Of a DNA stretch of 64,000 nt, positions 10,071 to 18,741 are shown one piece after another (the first letter of the stretch is position 1; each line of letters opens with the position of its first letter). The notes beneath the pieces were generated by a model that saw nothing but the letters and a program-made list of their open reading frames with translations, made no database searches and was not told the DNA's origin. Source of the stretch: a virus (lineage: Duplodnaviria > Caudoviricetes); IMG/VR virus record IMGVR_UViG_3300011008_002687, positions 32,001 through 96,000 of that record; one strand, given 5' to 3'. A program made the position numbers and the translations under genes.

Positions 10071-11300
10071 TTAGAATCCTTCCTGCTCGTCATACTCTGC
10101 CATAAGCTCCGGGTGGTCCTCCCATGCCTTCGCTATTGCCTGGTTGTAGGACAGGGTTGCATCCTTCTCCATCATGCCCTTAGCGATAGCACCGATCTTT
10201 GCCTCAGCGGAATTTTCACCCGCGCTATGACCTGCCTTGCCGATTTCAGAGAACGCACCGGACTTCTCAACAGTCTCTAAGGTCTGATCGAGAACTGCGA
10301 TCATGTCATTGTAAGCGGTGCCGCCTGCAGCTTTGAGAGACTTCAAAACAGGTGCAAGCTCGTCGGCTTTCTTGCCGATGATCTCATACTTCTTGGCTAC
10401 TTCCTTCATCTCTCTAAGCTCTGCCTCTTCTCTGAACTTTTTGAGGGATTCAAGCTCTGCCTTTACTGCAGGGTGCATACCCTTGTAGATGTCGTCCGTT
10501 CCTTCCTCTGTTGCAGGAGTTTCGACCTGTGCAGGGGTTGCGGACTTGGTAACAGGTGCCTCCGATGTTGCTGCAGGAGTACCCTCTGCCTGTGCCGGTG
10601 CCTCTTCCTCAGTACCATACTTTTTCTCAATGGACTCCAGGAAAGCACGCTCTGCGTCTGTGAGTTTGCTCTTGTCGATCTTCATTTCTGTTTCTTCTCC
10701 TTTCGATTGCTCATTATTGTTTGGTTGCGGTCCTTCTGATGTTGCCGGAGCAGATGCCTTCTCGATGGACTCATTCAGCCTTGCTACTGCAGACTTCATA
10801 AGCTCAATGTCGGCCTCTGTTACCTCCATTTCTTTCTTCGCAATGCTTGCCACCTTGCCATCGGACCACTGCGTAATGCACTCCGTCACTACCGACTGGA
10901 ATTCATTAAGGCTCTGTTGCATTGCTGCTGATGCGCTGATGCTATCCAAATCTTCGTCATTCAGAATGGAACAAAGGGAAGATTGCAGCGCATAGCATAT
11001 ATCCCAAATCTCGTCAGCGATCTTCCGGTTCTTTGCCTCGTTGTACTTCTCGCTGAAACTTACGGAATCGCTTTTTCGGATTTCATCCATTGCACTGTCG
11101 ATTTCGTCCTGGTTCATTCCTGCCGCTTTCCCGAAAAACGTAAAAAACTTTCGGATAAAACCAGTACCCTTCTCGCTGTTCTCTCCTGCAGACTGCTCAC
11201 CGTCCTTATTCTTTTTCAGACGGATGTGAGCATCCGGATTAGCACCCTCATCTACAAAGTCCACCTTCTTGACTTTGAGATTTTTGAGTTTCGTTGCCAC
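10071..11300 (-). CDS. Scaffold protein with N-terminal protease-strand motif
   Basis: Starts KLKNLKVKKVDFVDEGANPDA; acidic/coiled-coil body; precedes capsid genes. Confidence 0.65.
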   Translation of the reverse strand: MATKLKNLKVKKVDFVDEGANPDAHIRLKKNKDGEQSAGENSEKGTGFIRKFFTFFGKAAGMNQDEIDSAMDEIRKSDSVSFSEKYNEAKNRKIADEIWDICYALQSSLCSILNDEDLDSISASAAMQQSLNEFQSVVTECITQWSDGKVASIAKKEMEVTEADIELMKSAVARLNESIEKASAPATSEGPQPNNNEQSKGEETEMKIDKSKLTDAERAFLESIEKKYGTEEEAPAQAEGTPAATSEAPVTKSATPAQVETPATEEGTDDIYKGMHPAVKAELESLKKFREEAELREMKEVAKKYEIIGKKADELAPVLKSLKAAGGTAYNDMIAVLDQTLETVEKSGAFSEIGKAGHSAGENSAEAKIGAIAKGMMEKDATLSYNQAIAKAWEDHPELMAEYDEQEGF

Positions 11301-11332
11301 TTTGCATCCTCCTTTCTGTGGATTTATAACAC

Positions 11333-11357
11333 AAAAAGCACCCGTTTCCGGATGCCT
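11333..11357 (-). terminator. Terminator-like hairpin between protease and scaffold genes
   Basis: Minus strand GCATCCG-GAAA-CGGGTGC then TTTTT. Confidence 0.65.
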
Positions 11358-11458
11358 CTTGAATTACCGTAAAAATATGTCTTACCTACGCCCTTTTTTG
11401 ACCTTCGTATGTGGAATTATAGGGTTAAAGTCTCTGAAAATCGCAATACACCCCACTT

Positions 11459-11932
11459 TTACAAGGTGTTTTTATCTTCTACTTCTACCCTTTCAGCCTC
11501 TCCTTCTATGGAGAACATCGGATATGTGCCATCCTTGACCTTTTCCCACACATCATCGTCCAGGACCTTGAAACCAATCCACCACCCTATCGGCAATGTG
11601 CCTTCGGGGATTCCGATTGCCTTCATCTTTTCCTCAGTGAACACCACCGACTCGATCAGAATAGCAACACCGCCTCTTTCGTGCATCTCTCCACCTTCCC
11701 GGTAAAGCTCCACAAAATTGTAGGCTGCGTTTTCCAGTTCTTCCGGTTCAACAATGTCTGATTGCCAGTCCTCGATTACTTCTCCGTCAACTCTCATTGA
11801 TACACTCGCCCAACCAAAGGCAAGGCGTTTGTCGTCGTCGGATTTCGTGATCTTGAATCTGCCTTTTATTACAGAGTCCTCTTTCTGCTGAGGAACAGCG
11901 GACTTCTGTATCAAATCCGAAAACCTCTTCAC
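11459..11932 (-). CDS. XkdF-like prohead serine protease domain
   Basis: FGWASV, DWQSD, EMH, GWWIGFKV, VWEKVKDG..PMFSIEG motifs. Confidence 0.8.
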   Translation of the reverse strand: MKRFSDLIQKSAVPQQKEDSVIKGRFKITKSDDDKRLAFGWASVSMRVDGEVIEDWQSDIVEPEELENAAYNFVELYREGGEMHERGGVAILIESVVFTEEKMKAIGIPEGTLPIGWWIGFKVLDDDVWEKVKDGTYPMFSIEGEAERVEVEDKNTL

Positions 11933-11933
11933 T

Positions 11934-12899
11934 TTATCCTCCTTTCCCCGAGAATACCGGCGGACTTTCTTCGATGTACTCTATGGCACAGGCACATCTT
12001 GGGTGTGCAGGCGGTAACATCTTGTGGCCGCTGAATAGCACTCTCCCTTTGAAATCGAAACTTTCATCCATTCCGATCTCCATGCCTTCCAATGATGCGC
12101 ATATCTCACACACAGCATCATCACCGGATGTACTCCACCGTTTCTTGCACTTTCCGAGCAGGTTTTCTTCCTGTGCCTGCCTTATTCCTTCATCTGCTCC
12201 CCGGTTATACGCAAAGGCACTCTCGGTCTGAGCTATTGTCAATGCTCTTTCCCGGTGCTGTCTCTCTGCGTATTTCCTCGATGCGTCCAACGCTTTCTTC
12301 CGGATGCTTTCTTTACTCATTCTCGGATGGTCTTTTGTGAGGGTGGCTACGATAGTGTCATAATACTTCGCATTTGCGGATGCCTGCCCTTCTGTCAAGC
12401 CTATACATGGTCGGATCAGCCTCGCCAGTTCATCAACCGTATGGCTGTCTCGCATCTTCTTTGTCAGCAAAGAGGCTATTGCGTCCCTCTGCTCCTGGGT
12501 GCAGGAAGTTACAAACTCGGCACCACGCTCATTTATCCAGGCAATGATGCCCGGCCTCTGCATATTCAACTCAAAAGCAAGACCGTCCATAATGGGCTGT
12601 CCTGCCGGTCCTGCGGATATAGCGTCGGTCCAAAGACTCGATAACCTGTCTCTCACAAGTATGGAGTAGTCCTGTTGCCATAATCTCAGCGTTTCATCGC
12701 TGATTGCACCTTCTCTTACCGCCTGTCTAAGCTCCTGGTATGTGATAGCGTTCTGCTGATCCTCCCAAAAGCCACACAGAATCCGGATAGGCTCGTCGCA
12801 ATTCTCGTCAAGATACTCCTTTAATCTCCGGAGGACTTCCTGGCTGTTGTACGACTTCGCTTTTTTCAACCTCTTCGGCGGTATTATCCGGAATCCCAT
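11934..12899 (-). CDS. Head morphogenesis protein (MuF/SPP1 gp7-like), short form
   Basis: RALTIAQTE, CEIC, PPAHPRCAC motifs; follows portal. Confidence 0.85.
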   Translation of the reverse strand: MGFRIIPPKRLKKAKSYNSQEVLRRLKEYLDENCDEPIRILCGFWEDQQNAITYQELRQAVREGAISDETLRLWQQDYSILVRDRLSSLWTDAISAGPAGQPIMDGLAFELNMQRPGIIAWINERGAEFVTSCTQEQRDAIASLLTKKMRDSHTVDELARLIRPCIGLTEGQASANAKYYDTIVATLTKDHPRMSKESIRKKALDASRKYAERQHRERALTIAQTESAFAYNRGADEGIRQAQEENLLGKCKKRWSTSGDDAVCEICASLEGMEIGMDESFDFKGRVLFSGHKMLPPAHPRCACAIEYIEESPPVFSGKGG

Positions 12900-14305
12900 G
12901 TTTCAACCTCCCTTCCTAATCGCCTTTTGGCAGCTTTCCTTTTCTCTTCGGGGATTTCGTCCTCTTCCTCGATTTCGCCGGTGCCTGCGGCTGTCTCAGG
13001 CTCAGGCGGTTGGTTCTGCTCCTGCTGTTGCTGTCTGCGTTCGTCCATTGTCCTGGTGTCAGAAGTACGCTCCGGCAGGTGTCCCACCTGTCTGATGTAA
13101 TCTTCTAATCCATCGTCCGGTACCAGTACGCCGATGCCTGTCATATCCTTTATGAAGGTTGCTACCTTCGTGATGTCTGCGTCCTCGATGTCTCCATGCG
13201 TCATTTGCGGATATTCTGTTATTCCTTTGAAATGATCTCCGTTAATATCAATCAGAGCAGGTATGCCCTGGCTGTTGAACGTCTCGCAGATGATGTCAAG
13301 GAAAGCGCCTATCGCAACCGCAAAAAGCTCCGTCTTGTCAGAACTCAAAGCCCAGCTACCAGTCTCAGAGTGTCCGAGGAAAATAAAATCGGCAAGCACC
13401 GTCATAGCAATTCGGGTGTCGTACCGGTTTATGATGGCGTTCGTGTCAAATTGTCTCGATCCTCCGGAACTCAAAAGCTCCAACTTATATCCTGCAGGAA
13501 GTACAATACCCTCTCTCTCGTCTCGTCTGATCTGCCGCACCATTCTTTCCAGTCCGGCTCTCGCCTTGACATTCGTATCAATGGTATCGTCCCACAAATC
13601 CAATCCTTCCGGACCGTAAATTACCGGGAGTCCTGCAAGGTCTCTCTCAATACCGATGCCTTCAATCTCCTGGATTCTTCTCTTGAAGTACCAAGAGCGG
13701 TAAGCATTTCTCAGTACGCTCCTTCCTTCCGGATTGTTTTTTCTGCTCTTCGTGCGGAATAGCAAAGCCTTTTCAATCGGGATCGTGTACGTCCCAAAGT
13801 ACGGAGGCGGCTGCTGAGTCATACCCAACAGATTGTCCTCGTCGTCGTATTCCCACTGATAAAGCGTTTCCTGCGCTCTGATAGGCAATTTCTGCCATCC
13901 GATCAAACCGTCGTTATACTTGGACTTGGTTCTCTTGTCTTTCGTATTTCCCATACGGCGCTTATACACTATCTCGTGATAGCTCCAACCGTAAGTGAGG
14001 AAAGACAGGATTTCCGAGATTGTGTCAATCCATGTGTCCTGCATATCGTCCATACAGCTTTCAACGAACTCAGCCGCCTCTCTGTCTTTGGCTGTGTCGC
14101 CGCCCGGCTCGATATTCCAGTCGCATTGTCTCACAAGCATCTCTATCGCAAAAAGGATAGCACCTATCACATCGTCATTCTCAGACATTTCACGATAGAC
14201 CTCTACCCCTTTCTTGCCTCTCAGCTCATGCAGGAACTCTTCGTAGATTACGCCGCCGTATCGCCTTTGGCCTACTCGCCCGATTTCCTTGCTGCCGTTT
14301 GCCAT
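12884..14305 (-). CDS. Portal protein, phage A
   Basis: NPEGRSVLRNAY, GIERDLAGLP, GSWALS motifs; follows terminase. Confidence 0.85.
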   Translation of the reverse strand: MANGSKEIGRVGQRRYGGVIYEEFLHELRGKKGVEVYREMSENDDVIGAILFAIEMLVRQCDWNIEPGGDTAKDREAAEFVESCMDDMQDTWIDTISEILSFLTYGWSYHEIVYKRRMGNTKDKRTKSKYNDGLIGWQKLPIRAQETLYQWEYDDEDNLLGMTQQPPPYFGTYTIPIEKALLFRTKSRKNNPEGRSVLRNAYRSWYFKRRIQEIEGIGIERDLAGLPVIYGPEGLDLWDDTIDTNVKARAGLERMVRQIRRDEREGIVLPAGYKLELLSSGGSRQFDTNAIINRYDTRIAMTVLADFIFLGHSETGSWALSSDKTELFAVAIGAFLDIICETFNSQGIPALIDINGDHFKGITEYPQMTHGDIEDADITKVATFIKDMTGIGVLVPDDGLEDYIRQVGHLPERTSDTRTMDERRQQQQEQNQPPEPETAAGTGEIEEEDEIPEEKRKAAKRRLGREVETWDSG

Positions 14306-14334
14306 CCGTTCTCACCTCACTTTCTTCTGAAATT

Positions 14335-15783
14335 CTAACTTCTCCAATAACTGTCTTTGCTCAAACTATCTGTCGGCGGTGCGGAGTATGTCATGCCGCT
14401 TTCAATCGTATTAAAGGCATTTGCTCCTGCGTCCACCATATCCTTGAAATCAGACTGAGGAAAGCTCTCATACTGGTTAAAGAACATTCCGTTCCAGTCT
14501 GCTACCAAAACATCTACAAAGCCGACATCCATTGTCTCGGTACCTTGCCACATTGCCGAAAACGGCTCTGCTCTCGTTACCTTGTCGCCGGATTCCGGCA
14601 TGATCTTTACTATAAATCCGGACAGGAGTTTCATATAACTTTGAGCCTGCTCCTTTCCTGCCTGGCCGGGATCTTGCGGAAGTCTCTGACATACCCTGCC
14701 GTATGTCGCCCTGTCTGACTGCGCCGTCATGAGAATTAGTTTTCTCACATCGGATGCTGCCAACCTTCTATTGATTACATCTGCCACAATGTACCGACCA
14801 TTTCTTCGCTTTCCGATAAGCACTCCTGCTGTATATGCCGGGTTTCCCTCTTCGTCCTCGGATGTGGCTGCAAGGTCCCAACCTCTGCACCATAGGATCA
14901 CATCGTTCGGGATTTCCTCGACCATGTTCACCTGTGTACGCTTGAACATAAGACCTGCCGCCGCCTTGATCTTCCAGTTACCATAAAGCAGACGCTCTCT
15001 GTCAACCAATGGCAAAGCCTGCAGGTTCGCCAAATAGCTCGGATCATTCTTCATGAGGATTTTATTATCCTGCAGCGTACTCGCTATGAATGTCACGCTC
15101 TTTGGCATTGTTTCGGCCTGCTCCTGTCCTATGCCGTTTTCGACTGCTACCGCAACAGCCTCTTTTCTGCTGTCCGTCCAATGGATAACCTCGTTTACTC
15201 TTACCATCCACCTGACTTTTCCGGACCTTTCCGGTATCGGGTATCCTGTTTTCTGATCTATCCACCATGAGATAAACTCTGCCACCCAACTGTCTGCGTC
15301 GGGGTTGCAGGTGGCTCTCACATATGGAGTAACACCGGAGTCTGTTCTATTTCGGGACAGCATATAAAAAAACTGATGCTCCGTAAAGTGCGTCAGCTCG
15401 TCGAAACCGATCATTGCTATCTGTGAACCTTGCCATGATTCGCAATCATCGTCATTATTCAGATGTGCGAAATTGACCGTAGCGCCTTTTGTGAAACACC
15501 AATGTAGTTTAGGTGTCTTTAGCGGATAGGCACCTTGCACGTAGCTGTAAACTTTTCTTGCACTATCCCATAAACCACCGGGGGCGGTTATCTGAGTGTA
15601 CTCCTTTCGGAATATTACCGCATTGAAGTTTGAATTGTTCATGTGCCGCATTGGTTCCAGGAGTAAGCCGTAGGTCTTTCCTCCACCTGCCGCTCCTCCA
15701 TAAATACAAATATCTGCAGGAGTAGCCAGGAACCTTTCCTGTGGTCCTTTCTGTGGTGCCAGGATAATCTTATTCTTCGCCAT
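14335..15783 (-). CDS. Terminase large subunit, phage A
   Basis: Walker A GGAAGGGKT, Walker B IGFDEL, ATCNP, nuclease WDLAA/QDPGQAGK/DMVDA; start set to MAKNK. Confidence 0.93.
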   Translation of the reverse strand: MAKNKIILAPQKGPQERFLATPADICIYGGAAGGGKTYGLLLEPMRHMNNSNFNAVIFRKEYTQITAPGGLWDSARKVYSYVQGAYPLKTPKLHWCFTKGATVNFAHLNNDDDCESWQGSQIAMIGFDELTHFTEHQFFYMLSRNRTDSGVTPYVRATCNPDADSWVAEFISWWIDQKTGYPIPERSGKVRWMVRVNEVIHWTDSRKEAVAVAVENGIGQEQAETMPKSVTFIASTLQDNKILMKNDPSYLANLQALPLVDRERLLYGNWKIKAAAGLMFKRTQVNMVEEIPNDVILWCRGWDLAATSEDEEGNPAYTAGVLIGKRRNGRYIVADVINRRLAASDVRKLILMTAQSDRATYGRVCQRLPQDPGQAGKEQAQSYMKLLSGFIVKIMPESGDKVTRAEPFSAMWQGTETMDVGFVDVLVADWNGMFFNQYESFPQSDFKDMVDAGANAFNTIESGMTYSAPPTDSLSKDSYWRS

Positions 15784-16240
15784 CGTTATCCCTCCCATTA
15801 TCCGGAAGATAAATCTGCACTTCCGTATCATCACTGCCACTGTCCGGAAGTTCCATAGGACGGTCTTGCCAACGGTCACGCTGTCTGTTTTTAAGCCAAA
15901 AGCACATAGCACCGACATCTGGAGGAACGTGCTTTTTCGTGTTCTCAACTCTGACAGGTTTTACACTTCCGTCTTTGTCATACTCCACGATTTTCTTCTC
16001 TTCCACGTAATCATAACCCGTAGCTCTCTCATAGAGACTGCGGATCACCTTCGCATCTGATACGCCTTTTCCCTTTGACAATGCCTCCGCAAATGTCGGA
16101 TGATCTTTCTTCCAACGGCCTATGGTTCGTTTCGATACACCCATTGCTTCGGCTATCTCTTCCTCGGTGGCACCCATAGCGGCCAAAGACCACGCCCAAT
16201 CATCATGGTAGTCGGCATTGTACTTTGGTTGTGCCGCCAT
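15770..16240 (-). CDS. Terminase small subunit, phage A
   Basis: N-terminal HTH, LYERATGY, PPDVGAMCFWLKNR. Confidence 0.85.
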   Translation of the reverse strand: MAAQPKYNADYHDDWAWSLAAMGATEEEIAEAMGVSKRTIGRWKKDHPTFAEALSKGKGVSDAKVIRSLYERATGYDYVEEKKIVEYDKDGSVKPVRVENTKKHVPPDVGAMCFWLKNRQRDRWQDRPMELPDSGSDDTEVQIYLPDNGRDNDGEE

Positions 16241-16246
16241 ACGCTA

Positions 16247-17152
16247 TTAACTCCCGGCTATATAGTCAGCGCAAAGGTACTCAATAAGCTGCCACCGGTT
16301 TTTGCTTGTTATGGTGCCTTCTTTCTCCGCTTTCTTGATTGCCTGCTGTATTACCTTAGCCGCCTCGCCTGGTACTGCGTTGCTGCCAAAGAGCTTTGTC
16401 AAGTAGGTCCAATCCTCTTCCTCATTGTACCCTGCGTCGTCCATCTTCTCGTTGACCGACTGCACCATAGAGTGAACTGCTGCTCCGACATTTCGGATGT
16501 CCGTAAATTTCTGATACTTCGCAAGTGCCTCTACGAACTCCTGGCACTGATCGTATGCCGCTACTCCGATGATGTCCGGAGAAGTGATTTCCAGGTTCTT
16601 CACAAGTGCATCCATATCTTTGACCTGGTGCGGCAGAAACGAAAAGGTCACATTCTTAAAATCAAAAGAAACCGCAGGGCTGAGCATTTTGTCATACTCA
16701 GATAGCGGCTCTTCCAATATGTCCTTGCCTATGAAACTCTCGATCATATCATCAACATCGGTTATCATCTTCACGATTTCCCGGAGCGTCGAATCATCAT
16801 CGAATCCGGAGATCGCATTGTGTGCCAACTGCTTTGCGGCAATTTGACTTCGAGATAACCCGCTTTCATCCACAAGAGCGATAATCTCTTTCAAACCCGC
16901 CGCCCTTGCGCTTTTTATTCGGTGGTGGCCGGATATGATCTCGATTACTCCGTCCACATTCACCAGGAGAGGCAGGCTTTCAAGCTGTCCTCTCTTCGCT
17001 ATGTTGGCCGTCAACTGATCCTGCATCTCATTCTTCATAATGCGGGCGTTGATGTCCTGCTCTTTCAATTTGTCAATGGGTACCTTCGCTATTACTAAGC
17101 CGGAACCCATATCATAAATCACTTCGTAGTTTTTGCTCTGCTCTCCTGCCAT
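16247..17152 (-). CDS. ParB/Sulfiredoxin N-terminal domain protein
   Basis: INARIM...LPLL...EIISGHHR motif; overlaps the upstream MTase gene. Confidence 0.85.
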   Translation of the reverse strand: MAGEQSKNYEVIYDMGSGLVIAKVPIDKLKEQDINARIMKNEMQDQLTANIAKRGQLESLPLLVNVDGVIEIISGHHRIKSARAAGLKEIIALVDESGLSRSQIAAKQLAHNAISGFDDDSTLREIVKMITDVDDMIESFIGKDILEEPLSEYDKMLSPAVSFDFKNVTFSFLPHQVKDMDALVKNLEITSPDIIGVAAYDQCQEFVEALAKYQKFTDIRNVGAAVHSMVQSVNEKMDDAGYNEEEDWTYLTKLFGSNAVPGEAAKVIQQAIKKAEKEGTITSKNRWQLIEYLCADYIAGS

Positions 17153-18519
17153 TTGATTTCCCTCCTTAGCCATTCAATCATTGTCTGATGTTCGTTTCTT
17201 CCCTCAACCAGTTCAGCCTCATATGTCAGCTTATAGCCGTTCTGCTTATCCTCTGCCCTATTTACCAGTTTCATGATGCCCCGTACCTCTTTGTTTTCCG
17301 GGTACTTGGTAAGCATAGCAGTCCGCATTTTTACGACCTTTTCCCGGTCTATGGTGTCAAGGAGCGTATCAACAAAGCCTCTGTTCTGTGCAAGCATATA
17401 GCATAACCGCCCCAAGCGGTATTTCTCGTGTGGTACCTTCATCACATACCACACAAATACGGAATCAGCCGCCATCTTCGATATGCCGAAAACTCCGGCC
17501 ACATATCCGTCTATCAGCAACGCCCTGTTCCAAGTAGCTGAGGAACCGACAAAGTTATGCGTCCATAGCACTCTGTAATACTGGGCTGTTGCCGCCTTAA
17601 TCGGTATGATCTGCACCTTGCTTTCCTCGGTTATCACATGGTCCCTGGGTAGCATACTGCAGTCAAGCGGTTCCAGTTTACTCTCTGCAGGACGCTTGAT
17701 CTTCTTTCCATTCGCAAGGGCCGTTGCCTCTTCCTCCCGGTTCGTAGTGATGTAAGCATTGAGGTCTGCCCTGGTACCGGACCGGGCGTATATCGTATAG
17801 CCTACTGCCTCGCCTACTTTCTTTTCCTGGTAGCAAAGCACCAATGCCTTTGCGTCCATGCACATATCATAGAACTGCTTATGTCCTGTCTCCGGATCAA
17901 ACAACTGGTACTCCGGTTCCTTCCAGGTCATTTTCCCCTGGGTGTCGTAGAACTTCTCATATCCGGAGAAGTATGTCGGCGGATTCGCTATCACGATAGC
18001 GTGGGGATCATCCAGTACCTCTTCCAAGTGTTTCCACATATCAAGCGGTCTGTAACTCATGCCATGCAGGAGATTTCTCACAACCTCAATCTGCCGATTG
18101 ATGCTCTCAATATGTTCTGCTCTTCGCTCTCTGAGGTCAACAAGCATATTGTGAAAATACTCGTTGCCCGCACTCTTCGATGTTCTGAGGTACAACTGTG
18201 CGTACAATGCCGTTGCAGGATCAAGCAGCTCTTCATCACTAAAGCCTTGTGCATGAATTTCCAAAGGCTCCAATGACTGCCCTGTTATCGCATACCCAAG
18301 CACCGTAGGCATCATAGACACATCACTCGTCTCGATCTGCTCCGGCTTAAATCCATTCTGCACTGCAAGATTGCTCATTGCGAATGTTCCGGCACAAGGC
18401 TCAACGAACCTCGTATAGCCCGACTTCGCTGCTGTCTCAATCAATTTCACGAGAAAACGCTGCTCGGATGTTCCCAGGCACCCAAGAAACATTGCTCCCG
18501 GATTCATAAAAAATGCCAT
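17119..18519 (-). CDS. N6-adenine MTase-fold protein fused to a putative GNAT (Mom-like) domain; DNA modification/antirestriction
   Basis: Motif I FVEPCAGT, motif IV IANPPTY; C-terminal ~170 aa with GNAT-like order (VQIIPI, AQYYRVLWTH, LLIDGYVAGVFG, KYRLGRL). Confidence 0.7.
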   Translation of the reverse strand: MAFFMNPGAMFLGCLGTSEQRFLVKLIETAAKSGYTRFVEPCAGTFAMSNLAVQNGFKPEQIETSDVSMMPTVLGYAITGQSLEPLEIHAQGFSDEELLDPATALYAQLYLRTSKSAGNEYFHNMLVDLRERRAEHIESINRQIEVVRNLLHGMSYRPLDMWKHLEEVLDDPHAIVIANPPTYFSGYEKFYDTQGKMTWKEPEYQLFDPETGHKQFYDMCMDAKALVLCYQEKKVGEAVGYTIYARSGTRADLNAYITTNREEEATALANGKKIKRPAESKLEPLDCSMLPRDHVITEESKVQIIPIKAATAQYYRVLWTHNFVGSSATWNRALLIDGYVAGVFGISKMAADSVFVWYVMKVPHEKYRLGRLCYMLAQNRGFVDTLLDTIDREKVVKMRTAMLTKYPENKEVRGIMKLVNRAEDKQNGYKLTYEAELVEGRNEHQTMIEWLRREIKWQESRAKTTK

Positions 18520-18557
18520 TGCCCTCTGTCACTCCTTTCTTTTTGTTCAAAATATAC

Positions 18558-18613
18558 AAAAAGCTGAGGTCAGCCAAAGTATCAACCCCGTAATTTTTGA
18601 TACCCACCTCAGC
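18558..18613 (-). promoter_or_regulatory. Long bulged hairpin plus U-tract in the MTase 5' UTR
   Basis: GCTGAGGT/ACCTCAGC outer stem, GTATCAA/TTGATAC inner stem, then TTTTT on minus strand. Confidence 0.55.
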
Positions 18614-18622
18614 ACATTGCAC

Positions 18623-18656
18623 AAAAAAGGCACCGTACCCTGCCGGATGCGATGCC
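18623..18656 (-). terminator. Terminator after tRNA-like gene
   Basis: GGCATCGCATCC-GGCA-GGGTACGGTGCC then TTTTTT. Confidence 0.7.
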
Positions 18657-18664
18657 GTTGTTTT

Positions 18665-18736
18665 TGGACCGGAACCCCACAATGAAGTGGAATCTCTCTG
18701 ATGGAATCAGAACGTGCTACTTTACACCAGTTCCGG
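18665..18736 (-). tRNA. Atypical tRNA-Gly (anticodon TCC), 72 nt, encoded CCA
   Basis: Hand fold: CCGGAAC TG GTGT-AAAGTA-GCAC G TTCTG-ATTCCAT-CAGAG AGAT TCCAC-TTCATT-GTGGG GTTCCGG T CCA; perfect 7-bp acceptor stem, U33, U73; degenerate D and T loops. Confidence 0.85.
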
Positions 18737-18741
18737 ATATA

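Noticed and set aside
18665-18736. tRNA as host integration-site remnant
   Set aside because: Full-length, embedded in phage A's operon about 600 bp from the junction, unlike canonical host tRNA-Gly, and no duplicated 3' fragment seen
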